Program-made: the position numbers and the translations under genes
The notes under the pieces: generated by a model
The model's input: only the letters and a program-made list of their open reading frames with translations
The model's database searches: none
Told to the model about the DNA's origin: nothing
Shown: one piece after another, positions 24,258 through 37,800 of the stretch
Layout: every line of letters begins with the position of its first letter
Position numbering within the stretch: the first letter of the stretch is position 1
Assembly (NCBI GenBank): GCA_002633005.1
Contig: NMRA01000188.1
Coordinates: 1 to 64,000, forward strand
Length of the DNA: 64,000 nucleotides
DNA from: Phoronis australis
Taxonomy: Eukaryota > Animalia > Phoronida
Direction of reading: 5' to 3'

Positions 24258-27200
24258 CTCAAATAAACAGATATATTCAAAGAGTGACTCCGTATTTGCT
24301 AGGTGGTGCTAATAAGAAAGCTTGCAATTTTTAATAATTGGCTGGGTCGATTGAGAAAATAAATCATAGTAGTGTTCCGTAGGCACAAGAGTCTCGAGAG
24401 AAAAGCTGCTTTGATAACGTGTTGACTTTGATAATATCTGAGGAAAATTAACCTGATCTCGTGTCTTGTGAGTTTTTTTCGCGTTCACATAACGCGACCC
24501 AGTTCAGTAGCACTGAGGTCGTTCGTGTTTTTTGCCCCCTTGTGACCAACAAGCATCATCTTGTCATTTTGTATCTCCCATACTAGTGATTAAGTTTGCC
24601 CAAACTAACACAACAGAAAATTCGAAGACTGAGTGGCATAAAGTTTTGACTGTGTCTATATGGTATGAGAACGGTGATAGACGAAACTTAACTACCTATA
24701 ACTGTACCACACACCCTCCAGCCCAAAACATGAAAAATTAAACCAAGTTACCGACTGAGTGTATGACAGTTTTTCACACGTTGCAGTCCCACAAAGCATG
24801 CCAGAGGTCAGCGCACTGAAGAATTCTAAACAGCTTTCCGTGTCGTAGAGAACCTTGCAGCCAACAGAACCGCTTCCACACAGAGGCTTCATGACAACAG
24901 GAAACGTTAATTTGGCTAACGCCGCCTGTAGTTCTCCCTGAGAGTTTACAGAGCAGCTGGGCACGCCATACTGAAAGAAAATCAGACTGGTGAACAAGTT
25001 ATTTGGATGACTAAATAGGAGGAAAAGGTTACGCTATTCCTATCCAGTCAAGGTGTTACGAAACCGTGCTGGGACAACTAGACATTCATTCACATTTCGT
25101 GTATCCATTGCCGAACTCATGGACGTCTTAATACTACAGACGGGGAGCACGCGCTAATGCAGCTGTCATGACAACTTGACGACATATTGGAGTGTTTCTA
25201 GTCACATGACCCCGTTAATCGCCGTGTAAATAATCAAACAGGGCAAACTGCCATTTTCAAAGGGCGATATCTAACACATAAGGAGGCGGGGGAGAGTGTG
25301 ATTTTTTTCAGAAACACAAAAAACATGTGATGCAGCGTTTTTTAAGAGTCAATATGTCGATAGGGAAAATATCAGTGCTGTAGTGGTAAAATTAGAGGTA
25401 AGTAGACGCTCAATGCCGTATCACCTTGAGCACTGAATTTTAAAAGTGCACTAAATCCGCACTATAACGCAACTTACGGTGCGTAGGCGTTGCGTTTAAA
25501 TGCCAAAAGTTGGTTGGGTGCGCCTACGTAAGCCTGCGCCTCACTCCAACACTGGAAAATATCAAACCAATAGAAGATCTCAACCAGTGTTACATTATCG
25601 AATGGCATGTGCCGCTGCATACTTGCCAATCCACAGTGAACAATTTATTTTTATTTTCAAGAGAAACCAGTAAGATCGCAGTGCGATCTTACTGGTTTCA
25701 AATTTATCATTTTTAAATAAAAAATGAATATACTGCATTTGCTTCGAGCGACACGAATTAAAAATTCGTGTCGCTCGAAGTAAATACAGTATATTCAAGA
25801 GACGTGCCACTCACTCGCGTGGTACGAACTTAAGTGGCACCCAATACGCCTTTTCAGTATTAAAAAATGACACCGGGTAAATTTGTGATGTTAAATTATG
25901 ACCCGGGTAGCTTTTAATGTTGTCTAAATTTAATTTGAACTACTGTGAAAATGACCCCATTGGGGTCATATGAATAAATTACAAGTTTTTAAAGTTTTTT
26001 AGGGAGTTTTTCCATTCAGTGATTTGTAGAGCGGTTGCCAGCGTGTGATAACATTTAACTCCTTTGTTAACCCTACCACCGACCACAGTCTTTTGTTTGG
26101 TATACCAACATGCAGGCCAATTATCAACCAGTCTCACTGTATTTCCGATCACATGTGAAGAGAGTCAAATCCAGTGCGCTGGTACGTTCGGACAGAATAG
26201 ACTGTCTTAACTTCGGTTGCGGTATGAGGAATTTTGGTGATTCAAAAAACATAAGCATGATCAATATAGGGAATACAGGAATGTTATCGGTTTATGTTCA
26301 AACATTTTTATAACTTAACTTGTTTTTAACAGACCAGTCAGGCTAGATACTGGGCAACACGTACCCCCTCGGTTGGCCATTTAGGGGCTACAATACTCCC
26401 ATTCGCTTTCTGTACGCATTTCGTTACATGTATCCTAAACGGACGGTAACCAAATCCGGTCACCGATTTTTCAGTTTTCACTCGTCAAAAATACATTCCA
26501 CACTTAAAACTATCATTTAAAAAAGTGCTTACTTTCATCATTGGACCAGGTCCTTTCTACTTCTATACATATCTTCGATGAAGCTTAGTTGTGAGAATTA
26601 AGTTGACTTTGGTGAAGAATTCCAACTCCTCTTTTTCACCGCGCGCGCGATAACCTTAAAGTCCTTCTCTCACGCGTTGTTAACCCTTATTACATGGTTA
26701 GAGGATGTTATAAGGATCCAAGAAGTACCTACCCCATCACCGTACACGATCCGTACTCGAAAAAAATTTAAATGAACGCGCCACTCACGATTCGCACCCG
26801 AAGAACCACCGCCATTTTGAACTTGCCCCGAACCCGGAAGTACAATTCATTCAGGAACCCAGGCCGAGAAAACGCCGTCAGTGCGACTGGAGCAGTGCCT
26901 GTACTGTTACCAGCCAGCAGACGGGGATAAAATAATCGACAGCGCGCCTTAATTTTAATAAAATCAAACTACGGACAATTTCATCGAATTTGCTAAAGAA
27001 ATGTGGGGAATAAATTTTGACAGAAATTATTTTGCCGGACTAGGGACCGCAGCCTATCGGACCCGGTGCGGATCGAGACCAGACACTGGCGAACGGTAAA
27101 GGCATGCGGTTGCAAGCTGTGTTGTCGAAGTAAAATGTTGTAAGCATAAATGCCGTATACATTCAAAGTTAGTTTCAGACACTTGCATAAAATTACCGGC

Positions 27201-30200
27201 TGGTTAGTCCTGTGTCACACTGCCGCGGCAGCCCTTAGCTAGCCTCAGTGCCAGCTACCAGGTGAGTATGAAGACTAACTATAGCTTGTTAGTAGGCCTA
27301 TACAGCTTTGCGTCAAGGCTACCCTTAGGCCTAACTGGTCGCTGGCCACAGCGCTCGCTCAAACAAGGTTTATTTAGAACTTGGCAGACCTTTTTCCATT
27401 TTTACAAATAGGGGGCTCGTTCGAGTACATAAGTATGACAAGTCCAATACAAAATGTTATCATTTTTTATTCATTAAGCCAAAATGATTCAACCTTTTAA
27501 CATAATAAGTAACTAAAAATGTCCAATACTTTACAACACTATTCAACAGCAAAAGTTATGAAAGTGGACATACATGTATGTAACTATTACCATTGTGACC
27601 GAATAGTGTTTCCTTACACGAGAATTTGACAAGCATGATTAAAAAAATATGAAGTTGCAAGGAACAAGAATTGGAGGCTTGAAGCTTCACAATCCAACAT
27701 AGCTTATTTCTCAAATTAAGATTATTCATATTGTTGACTTGATAACCTGAATTAAGAAGCAATAAGTTACAAAACATGACTTGAAAGCAATTGAGACTTA
27801 AAATTTAGAAAAATATGAATCATTTTGTGACACCGAATCAAGTCTTGAACAGCAGTTGACAGTCAAACAAAAAACCATTTCAAAATTATTTCAACTATTT
27901 TTTAACTTAGTGTAAGATCACCTGAATGGGAAATTTACAGCAAAATAATTTGAATACATCTTATATTTTTGCACAAAAACACGAAAATTGAACAAAGTTT
28001 CTTTTTTTGTAGCAACGTTTGTCTAAATGTATCAACATTAAATCTTCACAAATTACAAAGTAGCCGGTTGAACATGCCTTTGAGTTCAGCAAAAGTCGCC
28101 ATGTTGTCGGTGCCGCCAGAAATGAGACGGGAATTGTGAGCACATTTATCACTTAATGAGTAACAACTGCGAGGCTGAAATTTGGTGAACACTGTTTAAT
28201 CGTGCAAAATAGTAAGTAAAGATATGTCTAACTAAATTTCACCGTAATTTGTAGGCGAAAACAATTTACACAAAGTTTTAAACTCGTAACTTATCCCTCT
28301 GTCCTACAATATGGCCGACGCGATCCAAACAAAGTGACCCAAATTTCGCCACAAAACTTGCAATAACTTGCCCCGATTTTGATACTTTTTCGATTTTTAC
28401 TGAGTAGAGTACACTACCTTTCCGATGATAGCAAAGTACTTTTTCAAAACGAGAAAAAAAGTAAAACCGAAAAAAATAGGTTCGACCCATATTGGTTCCT
28501 AGGTTCGACCGGCCTACGTAAGGAACTAAAAACCAATGCTATTTTAACATACTAAGTACGCGTAACATTCCAAAAAATATCAACGACCACTAATTACAAA
28601 CTATAAATACACTACATCTGCAAACGAATCACGAGATATTACTAACAAAACAAAATAAAGAAGACTTTTCGAGCAAGCGATAGCACATTCAGTTACAAGG
28701 AAAAAATGGCGGCTTTCAGGACAAGTTCCTGAACTGATAAGCCGGAAATGTGGTTACGGAAATAACCGATGACAACCGGTAATCATACGCTCAGAGAGAA
28801 GGGTCAAATATTGTTCAAAAATCGCTTTTGGCAAGAAAGAGGAAAAGAATATAAAGAAAGAGTGTCGAAAATAAGATTTTATGTAGTAAGTATTTTCGGA
28901 TACTGGAACCACATGGGCAGTTTGAGAGAAGGACTTTAAATAGGCTAACCGAGTCACGTGAGTTAGGCAAAGGCTAGCGCTTGACACTAGCGCGTGACAC
29001 TTGCAAAATAGCATGAGAAGGTATCAGTTGAAACAAGGAGTGTAGTAGTCTAGGAGAATTCACTTGTGATTTCGCTGTTACCGCTACTACTAGCGCCGCC
29101 AAGTGGTGACTAAGCAACAGTCAACCAGGAAGCGCCAAAACAATGGGGAATGACGCATTTTGCAGTGCGATAAATTGCATGAATTCATCCACGAAAACCC
29201 CAGACGTGTCATTTTTTAGGTTTCCTAAGGATCCAGAAAGGTAAGGATTATCTGTTATTGGCTTTCATTTTGTGTGTTCTGTTCACGGTTGTTAGACAAG
29301 TCGATCGCAGTGCCGTTGCCACTGTTGTCTGCAGTGTATGCTAAGCCTACTGTACAGCCGGACTGCCGGCGGAAGGACTATGATAAACGTACGATATGAT
29401 CGTCAGCTTTTTGGATACTTGCAGTCCATGAATTCCAAATCAAAATGTCACTCGTACGATCGCAGGGATAATTTTAGGAAAACATACCCATGCCCATGGT
29501 CATGGGTAATATGAGTGGTGACACGATTCTATGTGCCAATGATACGGGGGCGCGGCCCTGTTGATTTCTGCTCAGGTGCAAGAGCTGGGAGCTGACCCTA
29601 TGAATAGAGATGCAGCCCTTTGTCCAAAAACTGCAAGTTATGCTCTCATCACTTCGAGGAGTCCATGTTCATGAATGAAGAACAAGCTGGTATTGACTGC
29701 AGTGCCCGAACAATATTTGATGTCCCGAATCCACCAAAAATGAAGATGTCATGGTTAAAAAGTTCTCCGGAAATTATGTTACAGCTCTGGAATAGGCTTT
29801 TTTGCATTTCTGATTATCGTCTCACAAAGCAAGTACTGGAACATCACGTGTTGAAAGGACAATAAGTCAAAATCTGGTTTTCGTATTTTACTAAGGTTGA
29901 TCAGATTGAAACATTTTATGAATGGTTAGCCTGTGATTTGGAGAGAACCAAAGTGAAACTGATGGATCATTCAGAGTCTGAACGGTGGGATGAAATTTTG
30001 TTAAACCCAAGCTATCCGTATCATTTTGCTTCTCGATGACAAACACCTCTGTGAGTAAATTAGTTTTCAGCTTTATTTATAACGCATTTCTTTGGCGAAA
30101 AGTGCTGTTGTTTACTAGTGAATTAATAGAGAGTGACAAGGTTGGTCAGATTTTCTTGTGGTATTGGTTGGTGTATGTGTTGCCTATTTTGTACGTTTTT

Positions 30201-33200
30201 GGAGATTGTAATTAATTTAAGCCCCAGTTGTGACTAGGAATCAGATATGATCTTGTGGTCTGGCTTTAACTTACATGAAATATTTACTGTTATTGATAAT
30301 AGGAACAGTATAAAATAAAATTTTGGTTTTATCATCCAAGTCTTTTTAATTCAGTTTTGTATGAAGTTATGTGAGTAGTGAATATTTTGATTGCTGTTCA
30401 GTACCTCTTAATTTTTTTTGTCATGACATTTTGAACTTTGACTAGTTATAATTGATGATATTCTCAATGTTACTACGTTTCGTAAGTTGTGAGCTATTCT
30501 ACAGATTAGCAACTGACTTGTAACTGTTGGTGAGTGGGAGAGTGGGATTGAGTTTACCCTATACTGGCATATGTCTAAGAAATAATGGCATGTTCTAAAA
30601 TTGTATTTCGATTTTGTGGTAGTGATAAATTGCCTTGCTTTCTTCTTCTCACTCATGTAACACCCACTGCACAAAACAATTGTCTGCATTGCTAGTAGCC
30701 TGGTGCATTGAATAGGGAACACATGCGAAATTGTTGGGTGGAGATGAAACCAGCAGTGAGCTGGGAGCAACATGTTTGTCAATGGTCACGAGAGCAACCG
30801 AAATGTGTGACGATGGGAGGGGCTCAACACCCATGTGGCATACATATCCATAGGTTTTAACCTGTTTAGCACTTCTCCCATGTAACCCCCCTGGGAGGGG
30901 GTCAACACCCATTTGGCGCCCACTTGGTTTTTGCCTAGTAACCCCTTAGCTGGCACCTGGGGAGTATTCCCCTCTGAACCCCCAGGAGCAATCATTCAAA
31001 TTATGTAGTCCTCCATGGAGGTATGAACTGTTATAAGGAACGATAACTGCCGTGTTAAGAAGTCAAGCATGAAACAAAACCATGATGGATTTTGAAGAGA
31101 GCTTCAAGAGAATAAAAACAAATACACTTCAATATTGATTAAAATACACATTTTCTTTCTCATTCGATTGTAGGTGGATGTTAGTTTATGTATTCTAACC
31201 ATTTTCAATCACACAGTAATTTTATTGCACGTTGAATGTCATTAAAGTATGAATTTATGAGTGTTTATATTGTTCGGACTGTGCTCCTAACTAAGTGTTG
31301 GTTATTCACCGCTTGGAGCGCTAGTGTTTCGACCGGTAACCATTACGGCGAATGGTAAAATGGCGGAGTGAACTCTCCTGTACTACTACACTCCTTGGTT
31401 GAAATTGTAAGATTTGTGTCCCTTGGATTTTTTATTCGTCAAGAAACGTGATTCACATAACTTCCTCAAAATGGCACCCGTTAAGAGAAACTCGAGCAAA
31501 CCGCGACAGATTTTTGTCGATTTGTTCAAGTTTTGCTAACTAAATTGTATCCAGAGGCATGGTATGTCTTAATTAAAACTCCATGTTCCTATATGTATGG
31601 TTCATTTGATTTTATTTGCTGTATTTTGAAATGAATAACTTTTTGTGGGGATGTATAGTCCGGATACCTATCGTCGTCGGGCTCCAATGGTCGTCCGCCA
31701 TCTTCTTCCGCGTGCATCGCAGCCACGCGGGACTTAGCGTTCCAATCTAGAGTGGTCGTCTGCACCTTAGGTACTAACCTCTCGGGAGCAACACGCATAG
31801 AAGAACTGAGACGAAAATCGGTGCATTTACCGACTGTTTTTTGAAACCACTTAAAAGTGTGTAGATTTTACTAATGCACTTTTTTGTTCATTTTCAGAAG
31901 ATATTTTCGAAATTAAATTTTCTTCAGACGGAACAAAAAACAATACAGGGATTGTTTATACAATGTATCTGTTTGTCCCAGCCACTTACCGACACCTGTT
32001 AGGCCAAAGGAAAAACGCAACAGACAAATGCAACACGCTGTGTGCTTAACAGTTTCGGCCTACGCCTTGGTCATCAAAATATTGCGCACTTGTTTTTTAT
32101 TGCAAAACACAGAACTGAGCTCAACATTTATGTTGAAATTTTGGTTAAGGCATTTTTGATTTATTTGAAGAAAATTAAAATACTTGAATTGTTAGAGAAT
32201 GGCCACCAATAAAGTAAAACATTAACTTTATTTCACTATGTTGCATTGTTACATACAACACAGCATGACATAATTAAAAATAAAAGAAGAGATTAAGCAA
32301 TCAAATGCAAATGCGACTTGGGTATTCATTTATTTATTTATGATTGCCTGTTGAAGGTGAGAAAAAATTAAACAGCACGATATCGGGCAATTTATTAGAA
32401 CAACTGTATCGAGGTTCAATGATCAGTTCTGTTTTGGCTGACAAGGTGTTAACAGAGAATGAAGAAAAATTGAAAAGAAAAAGAAAGACGGCAGAGATAA
32501 GTGGTGTTAAGAACAAGAAGAGCAAAACGTCAAATAAAGAGGACATAAATATAAGATCTATCTGGAATAAAACAATAGAGATTCATTTTCCAGACCTGAA
32601 AATCGGAAACAATTTTAATATATTTAAAAATCGATAAAATACCAGTAAAACAGTTTGTGGTTGAACTAGAATTGTTGTAAACCACTTTCCACTATTTTCT
32701 TGGCCTTTTTCTGCGTGGTTTTCTGTTCTTTCAAAAGACGGCAGCGTATGACGATCTTAGGTGTCATTATAAAATGGCTGCCGAAAAGCAGTGCACAGTT
32801 AAAACAACACAGCATAAGTAAAAGAAAACGTTTGAATCAACGAATACTATATATTTGTCAGAATTAAATCAAACCCTATTCAGAGCATAACTTTGAAGTG
32901 GAATAATTTGGTGAGTACGACAACAAGCCGGTTTTATGCTCAGGCGGACGACCATTGGGTTCCCGAGTATACTATCGCCCCTGTATGCCTGCGGCATCCA
33001 GGGCAATGTAATTGCTTAGCTAGCTACGATCTAATCGGAGATTAGAGCTTCGAACAAAAGAGAGCTGACAATCCAATCATGAACGCCGTCATGTAAAAAG
33101 CAAAGACCATAGACTCAGTTCCTTTTATGTGCATCGCTTGGTATTTCCAACGTACAAATGTTCTTCTCTCACGCACGGTATTCCTCTCTCGCGGATCTGA

Positions 33201-34682
33201 AGTCCCCCGGATGAAGAACCAGGCACTTGTAGCATCTTCACACAGTGTACTTATTGGCTTACAAAGAGATCAGCCCCGCCTGCTCCCATACATTATTTCG
33301 AACCGGCCTTAATCAGATATACGTACGTACTGCACATCCCTCAGCCGAGACAGTTAAAATAAATTCTTCTCTCAGGCACGCTTGGCCTTCTTAAGGTTTC
33401 ATATTTGACTTTGATAATACCAAAATTTGGCTGCAATCGGAAGATTTTTTATATGTGGTCAAGTACTTTAGATTGGTCTTCATTCAGTTAGTCAGATTTT
33501 ATATCCTGGCACGAGCAGTGTAAAAATAGCCGGTAACTGAACGAAAGACTATTCGAAAAATAGTGATCCTTTCATTTATTTGATGAACTCCTACAACGTT
33601 TGGAACATAGCTCGTTTCATTCACCAAGTTTTTACAGTGAATAGTTAATTCGCTAGACAGTCTGTATTATGTCAACCACTTTGTTAATTACGCGCTTTTA
33701 TCTGCCACTTTCATACTTGTATATGGGAGGCCTAAGTACTGAAATAAAAAATGACCAGTATTTACTTCTTCCACCTAGTATATACCTAGTTTTTGAACTA
33801 GATATCCACTCACCTTTGTAGCTTCTGGAGTTTTAAGCACGTATTGTTGCGTAATATCCTTCAGGAAACACGCCATGGTACTCTCATAGCTGTCCCCGGG
33901 AATGCCGAGTTTTTCACAAAGATAACTTCCAACCACGTTCGGAAAGTCGTTAAAAAAGTAGCCAGCGTTTGCCTAGGAACGATAGTGTATATCACCCAAA
34001 CATCAAGATGCAATGCCTGGAAAATTGACATTATTTTATCGAGCCATGACGTAGGACTGGTTTCGGAAAATTTCTTGGGTATTTGAAATCTGTGCCAGGG
34101 AGAGTTTAGGAAATGAACCTAAGTTAAAAGAACTTCTTTACAAGTAATCACTGGAAAATACTTTGCTGCGCATTTTTTCAACATTTGATGTCCCCAATTT
34201 TTCGGAGCCGTAGGTCTCTCACCTCTGCAAGCATTTTTTCACACCAACAGGAAGTATTATGCAGTGAATAAAAATATCAAGGCCAGGCATGTTCTGTTAA
34301 GGGTTTTTATCAAGTAATATTGTCTATTTATTGCGACCTAAGTTCTAATTAGGTGTTAAAAGCAATCACTCACGTTGATATTCTTCCCCTTCAGCCATTT
34401 GATTATTCCGGCACTTATTTCTTCAACCGTACGATCATCCTCTTTTTCGTGTATCAGGCCGTCAACGTTAAACTCATCAATGATTCCCAAAGACTTCATT
34501 CTTTCACACCAGTAGCGGTTTTTTTCGTTACTTTGAAGTATCACACAAAGTGATTTAATTCCCAATCTCTTAATTTTAGCAAAAAAAGAAGTTTTTATCT
34601 CTTCATCTGTAGTTACGGAGACATGGTTTCGAATACACAGAACCGTTTTCTCAGCAAGAGGCCCAAATGGTATATACTCCAT
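23559..34682 (-). CDS. CARNS1-like: Copy C: intact 4-exon ATP-grasp ligase paralogue, 461 aa, with an expanded 8.8-kb intron 2
   Basis: Exons 34682-34374, 33972-33814, 24970-24752, 24257-23559; same lengths and phases as copy D, no stops. Exon 4 differs from D at about 35 of 232 aa (hand count). The exon 4 acceptor is the weaker GAG. Confidence 0.85.
24752..24970 (-). CDS. Copy C coding exon 3
   Basis: YGVPSC...FPVVMKPLCGSGSVG...TQS; tttcAG and GTAACT boundaries; 219 nt. Confidence 0.88.
25373..25554. mobile_element. hAT MITE, 182 bp
   Basis: 8-bp TSD GAAAATAT (25365-25372, 25555-25562); TIR CAGTGCTGTAGTG / CAGTGTTGGAGTG; single-copy empty site near 7735. Confidence 0.85.
29034..31397 (+). 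mobile_element. Non-autonomous P-element-like transposon with a spliced THAP domain relic
   Basis: 30-bp TIR CAAGGAGTGTAGTAGT(CT/AC)AGGAGA(A/G)TTCAC; 7-bp TSD GTTGAAA; THAP exon 29143-29240 MGNDAFCSAINCMNSSTKTPDVSFFRFPKDPER|gtaag; broken second exon from 29576 (CKSW..KLCSHHFEESMF..TIFDVPNPP); LINE tail fragment near 29740-30300. Confidence 0.85.
33814..33972 (-). CDS. Copy C coding exon 2
   Basis: ANAGYFFNDFPNVVGSYLCEKLGIPGDSYESTMACFLKDITQQYVLKTPEATK; AG and GTGAGT boundaries; 159 nt. Confidence 0.85.
34374..34682 (-). CDS. Copy C coding exon 1
   Basis: MEYIPFGPLAEK...KGKNIN|GTGAGT, 309 nt. Confidence 0.85.
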
Positions 34683-36204
34683 GGCTGTATTCCTAAAATA
34701 AATCAATTATTACTGATGGTGATGATGTCAAAGACAGTGGCAATATCAACTAAATGCGAAAACGCATGGATTAATACTTTGCGAGTACCTTATTTTTACT
34801 GGTGCTAGATTTGTGAAATGTCATAATACGGCAAGAAGGATGAACATTAACACGGGCATCAATTAATATTACATGCTAATAAGAAAACGCAAATAATTTG
34901 TAACATTAAATCGGTTCAGAAACCAACAAACATCAAGGTGGAAGTTTGAATTCTTAGAGAGAATTGAAGCTGTACACAGAGGAGTTTTAAGCAGTAGGGG
35001 TAGGGGGGTTGGGCCCCCCTAAGCAAAAGGTGGAGGTGGGTTTCCCCCTCCCCAAGTTTGTAGACAATAACCAGTAACTCACAAAATGATCTACTCGTGA
35101 CATGGATCGTACGTTTACAAAAGTTACCGCTAACCAATGAGCTATACCAGGAGGTACAGCTCATTGCGCTAAATTTTACCGGAGCCTCCAGACGGTCCAT
35201 TGTCATTTTTTGTCTTCGTTTAGTAAAAATAAATAGATTAGTGAAAATAAAGCAATTTGTAGTTTAAAACCTGGTAAAGGAGTAAAAGTTCATGCTTATG
35301 ACCCAGATAATTCGTTCCATTCATTGCGTGATTAGGAAATAATCTTTAAGTGCTCTGAACTACACAGCCTGCCCCCTCCCCCCTAGCAAAGGTCCAGTCC
35401 TAGCCTCTCTGTTACTGTAGGGAAGTATATGTATGGGTTTCCATTCTTTTAAATTCAACATACCCAACTTCACTACAGCCTTTGTTGCTAAAAACTGACT
35501 TTTAGTCGTGTTTTGTTTGCAGAAAACCCCCCAATGTGGGCGCTTGTTCACGTTATTCTGAAACAAGTAGGCTTAGGTCTATCAACAATGAAAAAATCCT
35601 TCCCGTGTTGACGGTAACTCAGTGTCATTGATGTACGACCTCGCAGTCGTCGTTTGAACAGCAATCTCGATAGAAGAGGTATCCTACGCCAGACGGTAAG
35701 GTGAAAGCGCATATGAAGAAAGGCAGGCACAGCCAGGGCCAATGCAATAGCTAAAGTTTGTTTGTGAAGACCAATTTAATTGATATGACTCCGGGAGTTT
35801 GGCAGAAGTTAACTACGGCCCAAGAAAAGTTCCTGCCTTTTCGAAACTGTTGAAGTATACCTATGATCAAGCATTTACAGCATCCGAAAACAAACAACGC
35901 TATGTATACCTTGAAATTATGGAGATCATTGGAAGACACGGTAAGCCTTACTGCTTACGAGGTTACGTTCAACAATGAAGAACTCGTGATCTTGCTCATA
36001 CGATCAGTAGATGGCGACGACAATATGCAAAACGGGCAAACACGTTATGAGCACCTTGCACAGACTGTAGAGGGAACGGACCTGATGGTGCGGCAAATAT
36101 CAGTTGTGAAAACGTTGGCGTCTAATAAATCTTTTACGAACGCTGTTTTTAGCCTTATACACAGATTGCATTGCCTCATTACTGTAGCAAGTTCGCGGAG
36201 GGAG

Positions 36205-36312
36205 GTAGCTAGGGAGGGAGGAAAGGAGGGAGGGAGGAAGTACGGAGGGCGGGAGAGGGGGAGGGAGGGAGGGAGACACACAGACAGAAAGACAGACAGA
36301 CAGACGGAGAGA
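36205..36312. repeat. (GGAG)n/(GACA)n compound microsatellite
   Basis: Directly visible. Confidence 0.85.
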
Positions 36313-36526
36313 CACTGGAAGATCATACGTTCATTAGCTTATATTACAATTAGTGAATTACAATAAAACACAGTGGGATGGATATTTATATTAATCCCGT
36401 ATGTGCGTGAATACTGCTATTGAATAGGCCGTGAAAAACGCTACTAAACACATATAAGTTTTCCCATATACATTAGAAAGACTATTGTCATATCCTATTA
36501 AGAATTCTTTTCATCTGGGAATGTCC

Positions 36527-37060
36527 CAACAAGCCCATCAAATTTGCTGTACACACATATTTACACAACCAGGCGACTACAAACCAACCGCGAATTGCGT
36601 CCTCTACCATTCAATACGGATTGGCTCTACTTCCACGTATTTCGTGGCGTCTTTTACGGAGTATTGAATGGTCGTATTTACACACATATGCATGCGCGCA
36701 CTCAGCCTTCAATATGGGGGGCTCGAATTCCTGACTATGTGGACCTTTTGGTAACAAAAAAGCGTGCGGACTAAGAAAAAAAAAACGGGGGCACCACCGT
36801 GATTTGCGCGTTTGTGCTTGTTTAATGGACTTTTGTCTCATTTTCTCGGACTTTTTGTTTCTCAAGGGCGGACCTTTTTGCCCACTTCGCCAAATGGGGG
36901 GGGGGTTTCNCCCCCCCCCCCCTGGGTGCGCGCATGCATATGGGATAACGCAAAGCACAGCCAATCCGTATACAACCGTAGAGGCCGTATTTCTCGTTTG
37001 ATGTACACTTTCGTGGTGGAGTAAATTCTCATATACCACAACAAATTTGATTGGGCTTGT
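36527..37060. mobile_element. MITE with TIR AACAAGCCC(A)ATCAAATTTG, containing a nested hAT-type MITE at 36691-36936
   Basis: Outer inverted repeats at both ends; inner TIR CATGCGCGCACTCAG / CATGCGCGCACCCAG with 6-bp TSD CATATG. Confidence 0.65.
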
Positions 37061-37659
37061 TCATTTGGGCTACCCAAAACATTGATCTAAGGCGTTGTAC
37101 TGCTCTAAAAATGAAAACTTATAGCAAAGGTATTCCGACGCACGGTGATCAGGCTGCAATTTTGAGGCTTCGCTAGTTTTAATTTTGGTCATCATAAGAA
37201 GTTTAATTGCCTGCACAAAATTAGGCAAAATCTAATTCAAATCAAACGAAAACGTTTTGTTATGAATGCATACAATATATTTGTACAGATATTTGCAGGA
37301 AATTGTCACCTAACATCGAGTATGTTTTTTACTGACACAATCGTCTGCTCGCAGCGTTCCTCGACTCTCCCTCTGTCACGTGGTTTATATCTTGCCGGTA
37401 GGCGGTTGAAACAACACAGTTTGATTTGGATATTAATGAGTATATTGACTAAATGTTTGAATTTCCCTAAATGAACGATCATAAAGATTTACAAAGAAGG
37501 TTAATTTAATCAGTCTGTGATCACGTTTTCCCGTTCCTGGCGTCAGCCTTGGATCCAGTGTTACGCTTGTTGTGAGGAGTTTCGGAATCCTCCTCTCTTG
37601 ATCATTCGGTTCAGTTTTCCAAGCAGTCTTCACTTGATGAAATGCTTCGGAACGATTAT

Positions 37660-37800
37660 GAAGTTCAGCCCATCGAACATCATATATGTTAACATGAATT
37701 CAGTCAGTCGAATTCTAGATACACTATATCCCCTTGAATTTCGGTCCATAGAATTTCTTCTATATGTATCGGATTGAAATTCAGTCCGTCGAATTTCTAT
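37660..37800. repeat. Degenerate minisatellite (TGAAATTCAGTCCGTCGAATTTC-like core, about 4 units)
   Basis: Core recurs near 37660, 37697, 37735 and 37776. Confidence 0.5.

Larger units (their letters stand above)
25118..33388 (+). mobile_element. Composite nested insertion in intron 2 of copy C; the host element is an inverted copy of 6700-8910
   Basis: Intron homology to copies B and D stops near 25117 and resumes near 33555; the homologous intron is 740 nt in D. Confidence 0.75.

Noticed and set aside
35863-36366. 167-aa ORF as a gene
   Set aside because: Its length comes partly from a stop-free microsatellite, and the paralogous region near 52670-52820 has indels that break the frame.
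37660-37800. CRISPR-like repeat-spacer pattern
   Set aside because: Repeats are degenerate, spacers are short and irregular, there are no cas genes and the context is eukaryotic.
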